64,000 nucleotides of DNA, taken from Myxococcota bacterium. GTDB lineage: Bacteria > Myxococcota_A > SURF-8 > G963663525. The DNA lies in contig CAXXVK010000053.1 in the NCBI GenBank assembly GCA_963676915.2, positions 1-64,000 of the forward strand, given 5' to 3'. Made by a program: the position numbers and the translations under genes. Positions 44,438-56,964 of this stretch are shown here, piece after piece. The notes under the pieces are model-generated. The model searched no databases and was not told where the DNA came from. It was given only the letters and a program-made list of their open reading frames with translations. The first letter of the stretch is position 1, and each line of letters starts with the position of its first letter.

Positions 44438-46135
44438 CTACATTTCTTCGGGAGCAGGCAAACCAAGGATCGCCAGCCCACTCGATAATGTATTGGCCGT
44501 GGCAGTCACCAGAGCGAGGCGTGCAAGGCGTAGATCGGGGTCTTCTTCGAGAAATACGTACCCCTTCTCCTTCATGTTCCATAACCGCCCAAACGCTTTG
44601 GCCGTTTCGATCAACATTCGCGCCAATTTGCTCGGATCGTATTTCGTTGCCGATTCTTCAATCGTTTCGGGAAACGCACCGATCAGCTTAAGAAGATTTT
44701 TCTCTTCGGGAAGATCCAGTCGGGACGGATCGAAGCCATTCAGGTCGGGTTGTCCGGCCTTGCGCAGCACCGAGCGACATCGAGCATGGGTGTATTGGAC
44801 GTAAACTCCCGTTTCTCCTTGGAAATTCAGAATTCGGCCCCAATCGAACGTTACATCGTTCATTCGCCAGTTGACCAGATCGCCGAAAATCACCGCACCG
44901 ACACCCACCTGCTCGGCCACTTTATCGGCATCGGGCAAATCGGGGTTTTTCTCGGCAATGGCCTTTCGGCTCAGTTCCATGACTTCATCGAGCACGTCGT
45001 CCAGAAAAACCACCTGCCCTTTTCGTGTGCTCATTCCTTTGAGCCATCCGAACGGCACATGCACCAGACGCTCCGCCCAGTCGAACCCCATTTTTTCCAG
45101 CACGGCGAAAAACTGTTTGCAGTGCAACGACTGCTGCGCCCCGATGACGTACAAAGACAGATCGTAGGAAAAACGCTCGAAGCGGTCGATAGCCGCCGCG
45201 ATATCCCGCGTGGCGTAGAGGGTCGCACCGTCGGATTTCTTCAATAAAACCGGCTGGATATCGAGATCGTCCAAGCGTACGATCGTCGCACCCTCGCTGA
45301 TTTCGGTCCCCACTTTCCGCTCGACCTCTTCCACCACATCGTCCAGTTTGTCGTTGTAGTAGCTTTCGCCGTCCCAGGTATCGAAACGAATTCCCAAACG
45401 TCCATACAACCTGTTGAATTCGTTCAAACTTTCGTCACGAAAACGTTTCCACAACGCCAACGCTTCGGCATCGCCCTGCTCCATTTTCAAAAAGAGCGAT
45501 CGGGCTTCGGCATCCAACGACGGATCATCCTCGGCTTCTCTGGTATACCGCACATACAATTCCAGCAGGTGCTTGATGCGCTCCTGCTCCAGCTTGCGTT
45601 CGTCTCCCCACTTCAGAAACGCCACCGCCAGTTTACCGAACTGCGTTCCCCAGTCTCCCAGATGGTTGATACGTACCGTACGCCAGCCCAACGCTTCGTA
45701 TAAATTGGCCAGAGCATTGCCGATCGATGTGGACCGTAAATGGTGAAACGCCAATGGTTTCGCGATGTTAGGTGAAGAAAAATCGATGGTGACGGTCTTC
45801 TCGGCAGGGGTTTCGCTCCATCCCCATTTTTCCCCACGGCTCACCGCCTCGGGCAGTACCTGTTTCGAGAGCCAGGCCGCGTCGAACGTGAAATTCAGAA
45901 ACGGTCCCTTGGCTTCGACGTTCGCGAAACGCTCTTCCCCGGCGAACTTTTCGGCCAGTTCCTCGGCGAGTTCCTTGGGATTGCGTTTCATTTGCTTGGC
46001 GAAAACAAAACACGGCAGCGCAAGATCCCCACGCTCGCCGCCTTCTTCGTTTTTAATCAAAGACGAAATATCCAAGCCGGAAACGTCTAATGTTTCACCG
46101 ACGATCCGGGCGATTGCTTCACGATAGTCTTTCAT
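44438..46135 (-). CDS. argS: Arginine-tRNA ligase
   Basis: DFSSPNIAKPLAFHHLRST, NHLGDWGTQFG, DGATLYATRD, MSTRKG, YVQYTHAR. Confidence 0.97.
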   Translation of the reverse strand: MKDYREAIARIVGETLDVSGLDISSLIKNEEGGERGDLALPCFVFAKQMKRNPKELAEELAEKFAGEERFANVEAKGPFLNFTFDAAWLSKQVLPEAVSRGEKWGWSETPAEKTVTIDFSSPNIAKPLAFHHLRSTSIGNALANLYEALGWRTVRINHLGDWGTQFGKLAVAFLKWGDERKLEQERIKHLLELYVRYTREAEDDPSLDAEARSLFLKMEQGDAEALALWKRFRDESLNEFNRLYGRLGIRFDTWDGESYYNDKLDDVVEEVERKVGTEISEGATIVRLDDLDIQPVLLKKSDGATLYATRDIAAAIDRFERFSYDLSLYVIGAQQSLHCKQFFAVLEKMGFDWAERLVHVPFGWLKGMSTRKGQVVFLDDVLDEVMELSRKAIAEKNPDLPDADKVAEQVGVGAVIFGDLVNWRMNDVTFDWGRILNFQGETGVYVQYTHARCRSVLRKAGQPDLNGFDPSRLDLPEEKNLLKLIGAFPETIEESATKYDPSKLARMLIETAKAFGRLWNMKEKGYVFLEEDPDLRLARLALVTATANTLSSGLAILGLPAPEEM

Positions 46136-46293
46136 AATCCTGCCTTTTGGGTTCCAAAGTTCACGAGCAGACCCGAATCTACGGACGTTGTTCCATTTTT
46201 GCAACGGAATTTTGAATCTCGCGGTTGATCCATTCAACAAATGAGGTACAATGATAAGATGATTCAATCGAAAAATGTTTTTGCAGGTGAACC

Positions 46294-47103
46294 ATGAACG
46301 CTGCCAAACTTTTGCAACTCATCGTGTTTTTGATGCTTTTTTCTTTGAATAGCACCGCTATTTCGGGCTGCGGCGATTCTTCTGAAAAAAACGTCTCTCC
46401 TGCGGACGAAGATATCGAAGCAGGGGAAGCCGAACGACCGGAAGACCTGCCCATCGAGGCGTACGATTACTGCCACGCCCTGAACCTCGAACAATGCCAA
46501 TGCAGCCAGTACAGCGATTTCACCTGCAAACAACTGCGCGTCGAACAACTCGAGCGACTCGACACCTGCACCGCAGAAGACCATGAAGCCATGCTGGATG
46601 CCTGCAAAGCCCATTGGAAAAGCTTGGAAAACGCCGATAGCGTCTGCCAAAAACCCGAAATGGAAGAATGCGATCTTTCCGGTCAATGTGGAGAAGGTTA
46701 CTACTGCTGGCGCGGACTGTGCCGTTTCAATCGAAACTATGTCTGCCCGGTGGAAAGTTGCATGGATGACCAAAGCTGCATCTCCCTGCTCGACAGCAAT
46801 GGCTATCGAACAGGTCTGGGCGTTTGCTCGGTCACTTGCTCGACTCGGTGCGAATGCGCTTCGCACGAACGTTGCGTCGATCTCGGCGACGGACGGTCGT
46901 TTTGCGGTGCCCGCTGCACCGAAAACGACGATTGCCCGGACAATCAGCTTTGCATGACTCTGGGAGAATGGCAGGTCTGCTTCGCGAAATACTGCGATCC
47001 CCATGGTGTCTATGATTGGAATGTATCCGAACAACGCCTGGAATGTATCTGTTTCGATGGCTGGTATTGGAACAACGAACAGGAAAAATGCATCGAGAAA
47101 TAG
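46294..47103 (+). CDS. Cys-rich hypothetical lipoprotein
   Basis: Signal peptide ending ISGC, acidic linker, many short Cys modules ending CICFDGWYWN. Confidence 0.7.
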   Translation: MNAAKLLQLIVFLMLFSLNSTAISGCGDSSEKNVSPADEDIEAGEAERPEDLPIEAYDYCHALNLEQCQCSQYSDFTCKQLRVEQLERLDTCTAEDHEAMLDACKAHWKSLENADSVCQKPEMEECDLSGQCGEGYYCWRGLCRFNRNYVCPVESCMDDQSCISLLDSNGYRTGLGVCSVTCSTRCECASHERCVDLGDGRSFCGARCTENDDCPDNQLCMTLGEWQVCFAKYCDPHGVYDWNVSEQRLECICFDGWYWNNEQEKCIEK

Positions 47104-47421
47104 GGATCGACCAGTAAAACTTCAATTATTAGTTTCTTGTTTGTTCTCCTTCTTTCAAAAACTACCTGATAAGTGGTATAATTGTAGGTGTTGGGGAATG
47201 CTTTGCATGTCGGAAGTTATCCCGCACATCGATTTGTATTGTTCAAGGGGCCTTACAACCAACATACAAATATTTTCCTCATTTCCGGTCGATAATCGAT
47301 CGGTTAAAGGGATTTCACTCCATTTTAGAAGGGGGTAGCCGATATCAATAGGTAAGGAAAAACAATAGTTTCCTGGCGAACGTGAAGGAACAACACTACG
47401 GATAATAGCGAAAGATCTCGG

Positions 47422-50400
47422 ATGGACAAACGGTTCGTATTCAAAGAACTTGTCGATATTTCGAAACTCGAAGCGACATTGCAAAAATTCTCGCGAGCCA
47501 CGGGGTTTACGACGGGTCTGGTTTCCTACCCTGAACAGGAATTGCTGATCGCCACCGGCTGGAGGGATATCTGCACGAAATTTCACCGAGTTCATCCCGA
47601 TTCGAGTCAACATTGCAAAGGTTCGAATCTTTTTCTTACCTCGAAACTTCGAAAACAGGAAAAATGGAACATCTGCCTGTGTGAGAACGGGTTGATCGGT
47701 GCCGCCACTCCGATCCTGCTCGACGGCCAACACGTCGCAAGCCTGTTCACCGGACAGATTTTTCTAACCCCACCAGACCCCGAGCGTTTTAGACAACAAG
47801 CCCTTCAATTCGGCTTCGATGTGGACTCTTATCTCGAAGCTGTGAAGGCTGTGCCGATCGTCTCGGAAGATCAATTGAAAACCTGCCTGGATTTTCTCGG
47901 TTCACTTGCCGTGATGATTGCCGAACAAGGCATCAATGAAATGCGCCTGAAGCATAATGGTGAACGGTTGGAAAACCTTCTCGAAAAACATCTGCGAATT
48001 CAAAAAGAACTGGAAGAGGAAAAAACGAACCTGCGGATCACACTCCATTCCATCGGAGACGGCGTGATTTCGACGGACATCAAAGGCCGCATCACGCGAA
48101 TCAACTCCATCGCCACCGAATATACCGGTTGGAGTGAGAAAGAAGCCATCGGACAGCCGTTGGACAACGTGTTTCGTATTTTTCATTCCACAAACCGTTC
48201 TCCCTGCAACAACCTTGTGGATGAAGTGCTTTCCGGTGACCCTATTGTTGAACAGGATCGCCACGCGATTTTGATTTCGAAAAACGGCGACGAATACCGA
48301 ATCGCCGATTCGGCAGCGCCAATTCGAGACAACACAGGAACTACCACCGGTGTCGTTCTGGTTTTTCGCGATATTTCGGAAGAATACAGAATTCGGGACG
48401 ACCTCGTGCAGGAACGAGATTTTTCCAATAGTATCGTGAAAAATACGGCAACGTTCATCGCTTCCATCGCCCCCGACGGAATGACACGTTTCATCAACCC
48501 GGCTGGAGAAGCGATTAGTGGGTACTCGGCGGATGAAGTCCTTGGGGAAAACTGGTGGTCGATCTTCTACCCAGGAGAACAGTTTCATCAGGTTGAAAAA
48601 CTTCTCGAAAATTTCCAAGACAATGAAATCCGCAATTACGAAATGACCTTGACAACGAAATCAGGAGAGCATCGTATTCTTTCCTGGAATTCGCATAAAC
48701 GTTTCGACGCCCAAGGCCGCCTGACCGAAATCATCGGCTTGGGAACCGACATCACCGAACGCAAACGAACCGAAAATGCCCTGGAAAAACGGATTGTTGC
48801 ACTGACTCAACCGTTGGACGATACCTCTGCCATCACGTTCGAAGATCTGTTCAATATCGATGAAATTCAGAAATTGCAGGATGAATTTTCCACGGCAACC
48901 GGAGTTGCCTCGATCATCACCCACACGGACGGCAATCCCATCACGAAACCCAGCAATTTCTGTAGGCTTTGCGATGATATTATCCGCGAAACCGAAAAAG
49001 GTTGTGCCAACTGCTATCACTCCGACGCTGTCCTGGGCCGGTTCAACGAAAACGGCCCCATCGTGCAACCCTGCCTCAGTGGGGGACTGTGGGACGCCGG
49101 AGCCAGCATTTCCGTAGGTGGCAAGCATATCGCCAACTGGCTCATCGGCCAGGTCCGCGATGAAACGCAAAGCGAAGAAAACATGCTTCGGTATGCTCGT
49201 GAAATCGGAGCCGACGAGAAGGAGTTTCTTGAAGCTTTTCGAGAAGTTCCGGAAATGTCCCAAGAAAAATTCGAAAAAATCTCTCAGTTTCTGTTTACAC
49301 TCGCGAATCAGCTTTCAACCGCCGCTTATCAGAACGTCCAGCAATCCCGCTCCATTACGAAGCAAAAACAGGCCGAAACCGCTCTTCAACGACAAGGCAA
49401 CCTGGAAAAACTGATCTCGGAAATTTCCACCCGGTTCATTAATTTGCCCGTCGATGCCATTGACGAAAACATCGAAACCGCATTGCAGCAAATTTGTCGT
49501 TTTGTCCAAGTCGATGCAGGATACCTGTTTGAATTCGACGGCAACAAGCAATACCTTCAAATGACACATCTATGGCAGTCGAATAAAGTTTCCATCGATA
49601 AAAACGCCTTGCAGAAACGAGATATCAACTATCCAACATGGTGGAATAAAAAAATCTTTTCCGAGAAAAAAATCCGTGTCTACTCGGTATCGGAACTGCC
49701 GGACGAAAAGGAAAAAGGCTATATTTTACCTTCCGGCGTGAATTCCATTTTCGAAATCGCCCTCACGACGAAAGGACGCAACACCGCCGTAATGGGGTTT
49801 GCCTCGCACGAGGACAAACGAAACTGGACGGACGAAGAAGGCAATCTGCTGAATATGGCCGGCCAGGTGTTCGTCAACGGGCTGATGCGTCAACGGAGCG
49901 AGCGAGAACGCCAAAATCACACCGCTTTTTTACAGCATCTCGACAATTTCGATACAGCTATCCGCAATAAAACCAGACTCGAAGACGTGCTTCGAAGCGC
50001 TCTCGAATGCATTCGTGAGATTTTCGACTCGGACCGAGCGTATGTGTGCTACCCGGTCGATCCTCATTCCGACCATTATTTCGTTCCGATGTTGTCTGCG
50101 AAAAAGGAATATTTAGTAAATGGACTCGATTCCACTCCATTGCCGATCAATTCCGATGTCCGCAGAAGCTTTTCCAAAGCCTATGATCGCTCCCAAGCCT
50201 CACGCAATAACTGTCGCGGATGAGGATATGCATCCCAAATACCTCACGGATGAATACTTCGTACAATCCCAACTTTTTATGGCCATGTTTCCGACGGTGG
50301 ATCGTCCCTGGCTCCTCGGATTGCACCAATGCACCCACCCTCGCGAATGGTCGAAAAACGAGCAGCGACTGTTTCAGGAAATCGCTCGCCGTTTTCAGGA

Positions 50401-51596
50401 TTCCTTGAATTCTTCACTGATTTTGCAGAAACCTGCAAAACAATCAACGTTGGTTGTTTACGACCCTTTCCAGCGTAGCGGACCCCGTACTTACCACCAA
50501 TTCCGACGGGGAAATCATTTTTATGAACGAAGCGGCAAGAGCTTTTTCGGGTCGAACCTTTTCCCCCATCGACAAATGGAACCTCGTCAACCTTCAGGAA
50601 GCCCAAGGCCTGTGCTTAAACGACGTTCTGGATCTACGAGACATTTCGGGGCGTCCTTTGAGCAGCCCATTGACGGAATTGATCGAAAACAAGCACCGAG
50701 CCATATACGAAACGGAAGCACTTGCAAAGAATCATGAAGGAGAAGATCGTATCGTTATCCTCAGTGGTTCTCGTATACGGGATAACAACAACCAAATTAT
50801 CGGAATGGTTTTGGTTCTCCGGGACGTCACCGAACATCGATCCCAGGAAGCCTCTTTGCGCCACCAACAGAAGCTGGAGGCTATCGGCACCCTTGCCGGA
50901 GGCGTAGCCCACGAAATCAACAATCCGATCGGCATCATCATGAATTACGCCCAATTGATGCTGGACGATCTCGAGCCTGACAGTCCAATGGCGCAAGATG
51001 CCACGATGATCGTTTCGGAAAGTCGCCGCATCGCCGAAATCGTTAAAAACCTGTTGTCGTTTTCTCGCCAGGATATGGAATCCCACTCTCCGGCCAATTT
51101 GAACGATATTCTTCACTCCACGCTAAACCTGACGAATAAAATTCTGAGTAAATTCAACATTGCATTGGAAGTGGAACTTCCGGATGAGATTCCAAAAATC
51201 AAATGCCGAAGTCAGCAGATCATGCAGGTGTTAATGAATTTGATCACCAACGCCAAGGATGCATTGAATGACAGGTATCCCCAAAGGCACGAAAACAAAC
51301 GAATTCGCATTCAGGTTTCATTCGTCGAAAAAGACGACGAAGCTTATTTAAGAACCTGCGTTCGCGATTGGGGAGGAGGCATCCCGAAATCCATCGAACA
51401 GAGAATTTTCGACCCGTTTTTCACATCCAAACAACCCAACCAAGGAACGGGACTGGGCTTGAGTGTAAGCCACGGAATCGTCAAGGATCATGGTGGAAAA
51501 CTTTGGTTCGAAAATCTTCCGGGTGAAGGCGTTCGATTTTTCATGGATCTTCCCATCGACAACGGCTGGGAACTCGACCCCAACCTTTCTGAGTAG
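47422..51596 (+). CDS. Multi-sensor histidine kinase: PocR-PAS-PAS-PocR-GAF-GAF-PAS-HisKA-HATPase (frameshifts near 50170 and 50430)
   Basis: Two PocR-like domains (ICTKFHR..C..S; FCRLC..IR..C..SD), PAS/PAC motifs, AHEINNP H-box, DPFFTSK..GTGLGL. Spans ORFs 47422-50223, 50120-50737 and 50454-51596. Confidence 0.85.
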
Positions 51597-51610
51597 TTAC
51601 GGAGTTCATA

Positions 51611-54600
51611 ATGACCAACATCTTGATTGTTGACGACGAACACGGTTTTCGAACGACGTTATCCAGATTTATTGAAAAAGAAGGTCACAAAGCCTTTGTC
51701 GCTTCCGAATCGAAAGAAGCTTTCGATACATTGGCAACCCACGAAATCGACATCATTGTCAGCGATATCATCATGCCGGGTATCAGCGGTATCGAATTGA
51801 TGAAAAAAGTCCGGGAATTTTATCCAAATATCAAAATCGTGTTGATTACCGGAGAACCCACGCTGGAAGGCGCTACCGATGCCGTTCGCAATGGAGCTTT
51901 TGACTATTTGACGAAACCCGTATCAAGAGAAGCGTTTTGCAAGGCTATCAATACGGCAGCAAAAATCAAAAGACTCGAAGACCAGAATCGACATTTCCAA
52001 GCCAACCTCGAAAAGAAGGTCGCCGAAAGAACCGAACAACTTCGTCGGTATCAAGAACGACTCGTCACCATCGCACAAGATACTCGGGAGTTCATTTTCT
52101 GTGAAACCCCTGAAGAACTGGCCGTCAAAGTGCTTTTGTTGTTTTCGAAAAGTATGCAAGCCCAAGGGGGAAGTTTTTATCTGGCAGAAGAAGATCACCT
52201 GGAACTGATTCATGCTCTCGACCACGGACACCAAAGTTCGAAACTTCCCCTTCCACTGAAACGGTCTTCTGTACTGGCAACGATAGTAAAAAGTTGTAAA
52301 CCTCTGATTATCAACGACATTTCCACGGAAGAAACCTTGGAGCCTTCCGGTTGGGAAGGCTATCACAACGGATCTCTCATCAGCTTTCCCTGTGAAGACG
52401 GCAATGGCAAACTCTGGGCCGTTATCACGTTGCATGACAAAATCGACCCGCCGTTTACTCAAGACGATGTGGAACTCGGCCGCATCATCGTATCCCATAC
52501 CATCGAAGCTCTACGACAGATTGAACTGAAACGTGATTTAAGTGAATCGGAACGAAAATATCGCTTCCTGGTGGAAGGCGCACACGATGTCGTTTTCCAG
52601 GTTACTCCCGACGGCACCATGACGTATATCAGCCCAGCCGTCGAACGATTCGGTGGATACAAAGCTGAAGATGTTATCGGAAAAAATGGTTTTGATTTCA
52701 TATACTTGGATAGCCACAAAGAAATTGCCGCCAATGTAATGCTTCGTGCTATTGAGGAAAAAGAAACCTACCCTTTGGAAGTACTGTACAAACCTTACGA
52801 AGGAAATCCTTTCTGGGTGGAAATCGTCGGAACTCCCGTTTTCGAAAACGGTGTCCCGATACTCATTCACAGCGTGATGCGGGATATTTCCGACCGCAAG
52901 CAACTGGAGGAAGCCTATCGCTCTCTCGCCGAAGAATCGATTCAGGGACTTTCAATCTTTCAGGACAACAAAGTCGTATACGTCAACCGTACGTTGACCG
53001 AATTTGTCGGATGGAGCGTGGAAGAAGCCATCGGACAACCTGTCGAGGAATTCGCCAACAAAATCCATCGTGAAGATCGTGGGCGCGTCATTCGCACTCA
53101 TGAAGCTCTCATTGAAGGGAAAGAAAAATCTTCCCGCGTGGAATATCGGATTATGCATCGCGACGGGAGTCCCCGCTGGATCGAATCCTTTGCTACCCGG
53201 ATTATTTTCAAAGGGCGCAAAGCGCTTCAAATCACGTATTACGAAATCACCGAACGGAAAGAAGCCGAGGAAAATCTTTCCCAACTGGTTGCGGCCATCG
53301 AAAACGCCGACGAGGAAATCGTTGTCACCGACCTCGAAGGAACCATCCAATTTGTCAACCCGGCCTTCGAACGCATCACGGGTTACTCGAAAGAAGAAGC
53401 GATCGGTCAAAATCCCCGCATCCTGAATAGTGGAAAACATACACCGGAATTCTATCAAGAACTTTGGGGAACCATTCTTGCCGGTAACATTTGGCGTGGC
53501 CGGTTCGTCAATCGCCGCAAAGATGGAAATCTGATTACGGAAGAATCCGTGATTTCACCTATCAAAAATTCGAAAGGAATTACCACCGGATACGTCTCGA
53601 TCAAACGTGACATCTCTCAGCAGATTTTGCTCGAAGAACAGTTCCGCCAAGCTCAGAAAATGGAAGCGCTTGGAACGCTTGCCGGGGGAATTGCTCACGA
53701 TTTCAACAATTTACTCAGCGTCATTCTGGGTAACATTCAAATTGTGATGATGGAGGACATCGACGAGGACAGTCAGATTTACAACGATCTCGACCTCGTG
53801 CTGCAAGCCGCCGAACGGGCCAAAGACCTCGTGCAACAGATTCTCGCTTTCAGCCGCCGCAGCAAAAAAGAACGGCGCGCCATCGAGATCACATCGTTGA
53901 TCAAGGAAACCGTCAAACTGTTGCGTGCCACGCTGCCATCCACCATCGAAATTCATCAGGATTTGCGGGCCTTGGGAGCAAAAGTCCTGGGCGATCCTAC
54001 GGAAATCCATCAGATCATCATGAATTTGAGCACCAACGCCGCTCACGCCATGGAAAAAAGCGGTGGCGTCCTGAGCATTCAATTGAGCCGACAAACCACG
54101 AAAAACAAAGATAATCACTCCGACGGAAATAACATCGAACTGGTGGTTTCCGATACCGGCAGCGGCATCGATCCGGCAATTATCGACAGGATCTTCGACC
54201 CGTTTTTCACGACCAAAGCCATCGGCAAAGGTACCGGACTCGGACTGGCCGCCGTTCACGGCATCGTGGAAAGCCTGGGGGGCAACATCCATGTAGAATC
54301 AGAAAAGGACAAAGGTACCGAAATCAGGATTCTTTTCCCGATGATCGAAGACCCCGAGGTGGAAACCGTCACCCGCAAAACATCGTTGGCCGCCGGACAT
54401 GAAAGCGTGCTGTTTGTCGATGACGAACAATCGATTCTTCATTTCGGAAAAAAACTGCTGTCTCGGCTTGGATACAAAGTGACTCTTGCCGCCGACGGAC
54501 AGGAAGCCCTGCGTATTTACAAAGAACGTCAGGAAGGGTTCGACCTGGTAATTTCCGATATGACCATGCCTATCCTTACAGGACTCGAATTGGCCAAAAA

Positions 54601-54778
54601 AATCCGGGACATCGATCCGAACCAGCGATTCCTTTTCGGAACGGGTAACGCGTTTCACGATGACGAAACATCCGATGAACTTCCCGACGCCAAGGTGTTG
54701 AGCAAACCGTACGATATCGAAGTCTTTGTGCGAACCATCCGAACAATTCTAGACGAAAAGGAAAACCAACCCGATTAA
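51611..54778 (+). CDS. Hybrid kinase REC-GAF-PAS(3)-HisKA-HATPase-REC
   Basis: ILIVDDE...SDIIMP N-terminal REC, AHDFNN H-box, GTGLGL, C-terminal VDDE...SDMTMP REC. Confidence 0.92.
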   Translation: MTNILIVDDEHGFRTTLSRFIEKEGHKAFVASESKEAFDTLATHEIDIIVSDIIMPGISGIELMKKVREFYPNIKIVLITGEPTLEGATDAVRNGAFDYLTKPVSREAFCKAINTAAKIKRLEDQNRHFQANLEKKVAERTEQLRRYQERLVTIAQDTREFIFCETPEELAVKVLLLFSKSMQAQGGSFYLAEEDHLELIHALDHGHQSSKLPLPLKRSSVLATIVKSCKPLIINDISTEETLEPSGWEGYHNGSLISFPCEDGNGKLWAVITLHDKIDPPFTQDDVELGRIIVSHTIEALRQIELKRDLSESERKYRFLVEGAHDVVFQVTPDGTMTYISPAVERFGGYKAEDVIGKNGFDFIYLDSHKEIAANVMLRAIEEKETYPLEVLYKPYEGNPFWVEIVGTPVFENGVPILIHSVMRDISDRKQLEEAYRSLAEESIQGLSIFQDNKVVYVNRTLTEFVGWSVEEAIGQPVEEFANKIHREDRGRVIRTHEALIEGKEKSSRVEYRIMHRDGSPRWIESFATRIIFKGRKALQITYYEITERKEAEENLSQLVAAIENADEEIVVTDLEGTIQFVNPAFERITGYSKEEAIGQNPRILNSGKHTPEFYQELWGTILAGNIWRGRFVNRRKDGNLITEESVISPIKNSKGITTGYVSIKRDISQQILLEEQFRQAQKMEALGTLAGGIAHDFNNLLSVILGNIQIVMMEDIDEDSQIYNDLDLVLQAAERAKDLVQQILAFSRRSKKERRAIEITSLIKETVKLLRATLPSTIEIHQDLRALGAKVLGDPTEIHQIIMNLSTNAAHAMEKSGGVLSIQLSRQTTKNKDNHSDGNNIELVVSDTGSGIDPAIIDRIFDPFFTTKAIGKGTGLGLAAVHGIVESLGGNIHVESEKDKGTEIRILFPMIEDPEVETVTRKTSLAAGHESVLFVDDEQSILHFGKKLLSRLGYKVTLAADGQEALRIYKERQEGFDLVISDMTMPILTGLELAKKIRDIDPNQRFLFGTGNAFHDDETSDELPDAKVLSKPYDIEVFVRTIRTILDEKENQPD

Positions 54779-54940
54779 CCCAACATCCCATTATTTCAAC
54801 AATCTCTCTTGACATTTTTAAAGAGATTGAGGTTGATATTCCTGTGAGTTTTCCATGAGTTGTTCCGCTGCCGTTGTTTTCGTTCGAATACAGCCATCAA
54901 TTGGACACTCACTGGTTTCCACCTTTATTTCGAGGCGATC

Positions 54941-55930
54941 ATGTCAAACGACAAACCGTTGGCCATCGTGGCTTTGGGAGGAAATACGATTCTGCGCCAG
55001 GGGGACCGGGGAACGGTCTACGAGCAATTCGCCCGAACCCGGCAGACGGTTGTGCAGGTAGGAAAACTGATCCGTCGGGGTTGGCGCATCGTCATCACCC
55101 ACGGTAACGGTCCACAGGTGGGCGACCGGCTTCAGCAGGTCGAATCGGCCATGCCACGTGTTCCCGAAACACCGTTGGGGATCATTGTCGCCGAAACACA
55201 AGGCTCTATGGGTTACATGATCGGCCAAACCCTGCAAAACTGGTTGCATCTGCAAAAACTTCCCACACAAGTCACCACGGTACTGACACAGGTTGTTGTC
55301 GATAAAGACGACCCCAATATGCTGGAGCCTACGAAGTTCATCGGCGACGGCTACGACGAACTGACCGCCAAACGCTTGATGAAATCCTTCGGCTGGCCGA
55401 TGAAAAAGCACAAAGCAAGAGGCTGGCGCCGAGTGGTTCCCTCCCCTGTGCCGCTTGAAATCGTCGAGCTGCCGATCCTGCGCACGTTATTGGAACAAGA
55501 CACCGTGGTGATCTGTTGCGGAGGCGGAGGCATGCCGGTGTATCGGGAAGACGACGGTCGATACGAAGGCATAGATGGCGTCGTGGACAAAGATCTGGCA
55601 TCGTCGCGACTGGCGACGGGGCTGGAAGCCGACGTGTTCATGATGCTGACCGAAGTGGATCACGTTGCCCTGGAGTTCGCCACCCCAAACGAAACGCCGA
55701 TCGACCGTATGACGGTTTCCGAGGCTCGTAAGTATATGGAAGAAGACCAGTTTCCTCCGGGAAGCATGGGACCGAAAATTCAGGGAGCCATCGATTTTCT
55801 GGAGGACGTTCCCAATGCGGCTACCCGGCGGGTCATCATCACCAACCCGGATATCGCACCGGAAGCTATCGAAGGTCGCGAGGGCACGTGGATCGTCCCC
55901 GACCGCAGCGAAATTCCCGGCTGGCGCTAA
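54941..55930 (+). CDS. arcC: Carbamate kinase
   Basis: VALGGN, THGNGPQVG, PTKFIG, WRRVVPSP, DKD, PGSMGPK. Confidence 0.95.
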   Translation: MSNDKPLAIVALGGNTILRQGDRGTVYEQFARTRQTVVQVGKLIRRGWRIVITHGNGPQVGDRLQQVESAMPRVPETPLGIIVAETQGSMGYMIGQTLQNWLHLQKLPTQVTTVLTQVVVDKDDPNMLEPTKFIGDGYDELTAKRLMKSFGWPMKKHKARGWRRVVPSPVPLEIVELPILRTLLEQDTVVICCGGGGMPVYREDDGRYEGIDGVVDKDLASSRLATGLEADVFMMLTEVDHVALEFATPNETPIDRMTVSEARKYMEEDQFPPGSMGPKIQGAIDFLEDVPNAATRRVIITNPDIAPEAIEGREGTWIVPDRSEIPGWR

Positions 55931-55948
55931 TAATTTCGAATCAATCGA

Positions 55949-56962
55949 TCAGGCGCTTTTCCAGCCTTTTTTCGGGGGTTTGACGTAGCCGTTGAGCTTG
56001 AACCAGTTGACGGTATCCGCCAGTGTTTCTTCCAGCGGTCGTGAGGTGTAGTTTAAATCCCGACGCGCTTTGCCATCGTCCACATGCTGGCAAAAATCCA
56101 TGGCGTCCAACCGACTACGCAAAATATTTGCGTCGTCTTTTTTGCGGAGTTTGACGAGGAACTCGTTGAAATCCGCGAACTTTTTCGCCAGTCCGAATGA
56201 CACTTTGACCTTGGGTGGTTTGGCCGCCAGCCTGTGAGATAACTGTTCGATGACATGTTGCCATGTCGTGTTTTCTCCACCCAGAATGTAGCGTTCGCCG
56301 GTTTTTCCTTTTTCCAACGCCAAACGAACACCCTGGGCGACGTCTCGAGCGTCTACGAGGTTCGCCGGACCTTTCACGCCGACAAACAGCTTTCGTCCAC
56401 CAACCACCTGAAGCAAACGACCGGAATTGGGACCGACATCGCCCGGACCGAAGGTTGCAGTAGGCACCACGGCAAGAACGTCCATCCCTTTGTGACGCAA
56501 TTCGAGGATTTCCTCTTCCATCGCCATTTTCGACCGCACAAAGCCGGATTTCTCGCCATCCGCCGGAAAAGACGCCGACTCGTCGGCAAGCCCGTCGCCT
56601 GTGGGAAAACCAAGAGTGGCAAAACAGGAAACGTAAAGAATCCGTTTGATTTTCGTAACTTGCGCCGCTTGAATCATGTTGCGGGTTTCACGCAAGGCTT
56701 GTTGTTCGTCGTGTTTGGGATCTTTGAACAACGCCTGATACCCGGCACAATGCACCACGGCATCAAACCCTTTCATCGCCGCCAGCAAAGCGGGATGGTC
56801 GTCCAGGTCACCCGGCATGAACTCGATAGGAATATCCCGCAATCCCGCCAGATTGCTTCCCTGACGGTCAAAAGCCCGAACCTCGTAGCCCCGTCCGTGG
56901 AGTTCACGGACCACATGCGCGCCGATCAGTCCCGCTGCGCCGAGCACCAGTATTTTTGCCAT
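55949..56962 (-). CDS. NAD-dependent epimerase/dehydratase (dihydroflavonol reductase/HpnA-like)
   Basis: GAAGLIG Rossmann motif, FGPGD, VDARDVA, GERYILGG. Confidence 0.85.
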   Translation of the reverse strand: MAKILVLGAAGLIGAHVVRELHGRGYEVRAFDRQGSNLAGLRDIPIEFMPGDLDDHPALLAAMKGFDAVVHCAGYQALFKDPKHDEQQALRETRNMIQAAQVTKIKRILYVSCFATLGFPTGDGLADESASFPADGEKSGFVRSKMAMEEEILELRHKGMDVLAVVPTATFGPGDVGPNSGRLLQVVGGRKLFVGVKGPANLVDARDVAQGVRLALEKGKTGERYILGGENTTWQHVIEQLSHRLAAKPPKVKVSFGLAKKFADFNEFLVKLRKKDDANILRSRLDAMDFCQHVDDGKARRDLNYTSRPLEETLADTVNWFKLNGYVKPPKKGWKSA

Positions 56963-56964
56963 GG

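Noticed and set aside
54941-55930. Arginine deiminase pathway locus
   Set aside because: Only carbamate kinase is present. arcA and arcB are absent from the window, and proximity to argS is probably coincidental.
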